A stretch of DNA of 64,000 nt from Mobula hypostoma (lineage: Eukaryota), in assembly GCF_963921235.1 (NCBI RefSeq), contig NC_086097.1, positions 232,688,001-232,752,000 of the forward strand. Reading direction: 5' to 3'. Every line of letters starts with the position of its first letter. Position 1 is the first letter of the stretch. Below are positions 63,546 through 64,000 of the stretch, in pieces. A model generated the notes under the pieces. It was not told the origin of the DNA, did not search any database, and was given only the letters and a program-made list of their open reading frames with translations. Position numbers and translations under genes: made by a program.

Positions 63546-64000
63546 TCTTTCCTATAAAAACGTATCACTTCATACTTCTCCACATTAAATTAATTAAGCA
63601 TTTACCTGCTTAATTCAACAAGCTGCTTTGCTCTGACAACGGTTTATTAATGTTTCTGATGTTTAAACATTAGTAATTAACATTTCGGCACAGAATATTG
63701 ATTAATTTCCTTCAAGAGATGCTGCCTGACTTCCAGCATTGCGAGTGTGCCTGAGTGTGTATGTGTGTGTGATACAAATCATTAAGTGTATCACTGAAGA
63801 GATTTGTCAGCTTCAACTTAAAGTCAATTGTGGGTGCTTTTTCTCAAGCCAGTATGTAACACAGACTGATTCTGCAAAGAAGCCTCCTTGAAATTACTTA
63901 TCCTTTAGCAAACAGCACTGAACATCTCATTGCTATTTGGGAATTCTGCAACGTACAAATTACAGGTCCCATTCCCCTGAGTTGGAATAATGGCCATGCT

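Overview
Eukaryotic, intron-rich DNA dominated by transposon relics. The repeat content (several CR1 subfamilies, Rex1/Babar LINEs, Penelope-like elements, V-SINEs) suggests a cartilaginous fish, probably a ray (inference). The only host gene I can support is syntabulin (SYBU) on the minus strand. Its first three coding exons (39398-39424, 38590-38785, 23755-23949) splice in frame to give MGPLNDYHK-NQKVQEKRSPRSRIPRLVLRP...SFCS-DDTGCPSSQSVSPVKSP...LVQPG. A CpG-rich promoter region lies at about 38.2-39.7 kb. The next exon is not recognisable and probably lies left of position 1. Most ORFs in the supplied track are decayed LINE or Penelope fragments, or noise. Points of most interest: (i) about ten copies of a minimal type-I hammerhead ribozyme (consensus AGTC-CTGANGA-A-GGG-TCTCGG-CCC-GAAA-CGTC-GACT) in Penelope termini, plus one copy of a second, long-stem-II hammerhead family; (ii) two neighbouring palindromic Penelope-derived hairpins whose hammerhead-bearing loops are flip/flop isomers; (iii) a ~0.8-1 kb composite unit duplicated ~49.5 kb apart around SYBU exons 1-3; (iv) a non-autonomous hAT-like element with a 6-bp TSD, a BED-finger exon and a duplicated terminus; (v) a clean solo LTR; (vi) several local direct and inverted duplications. 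All family assignments come from motif recognition, not from database searches.
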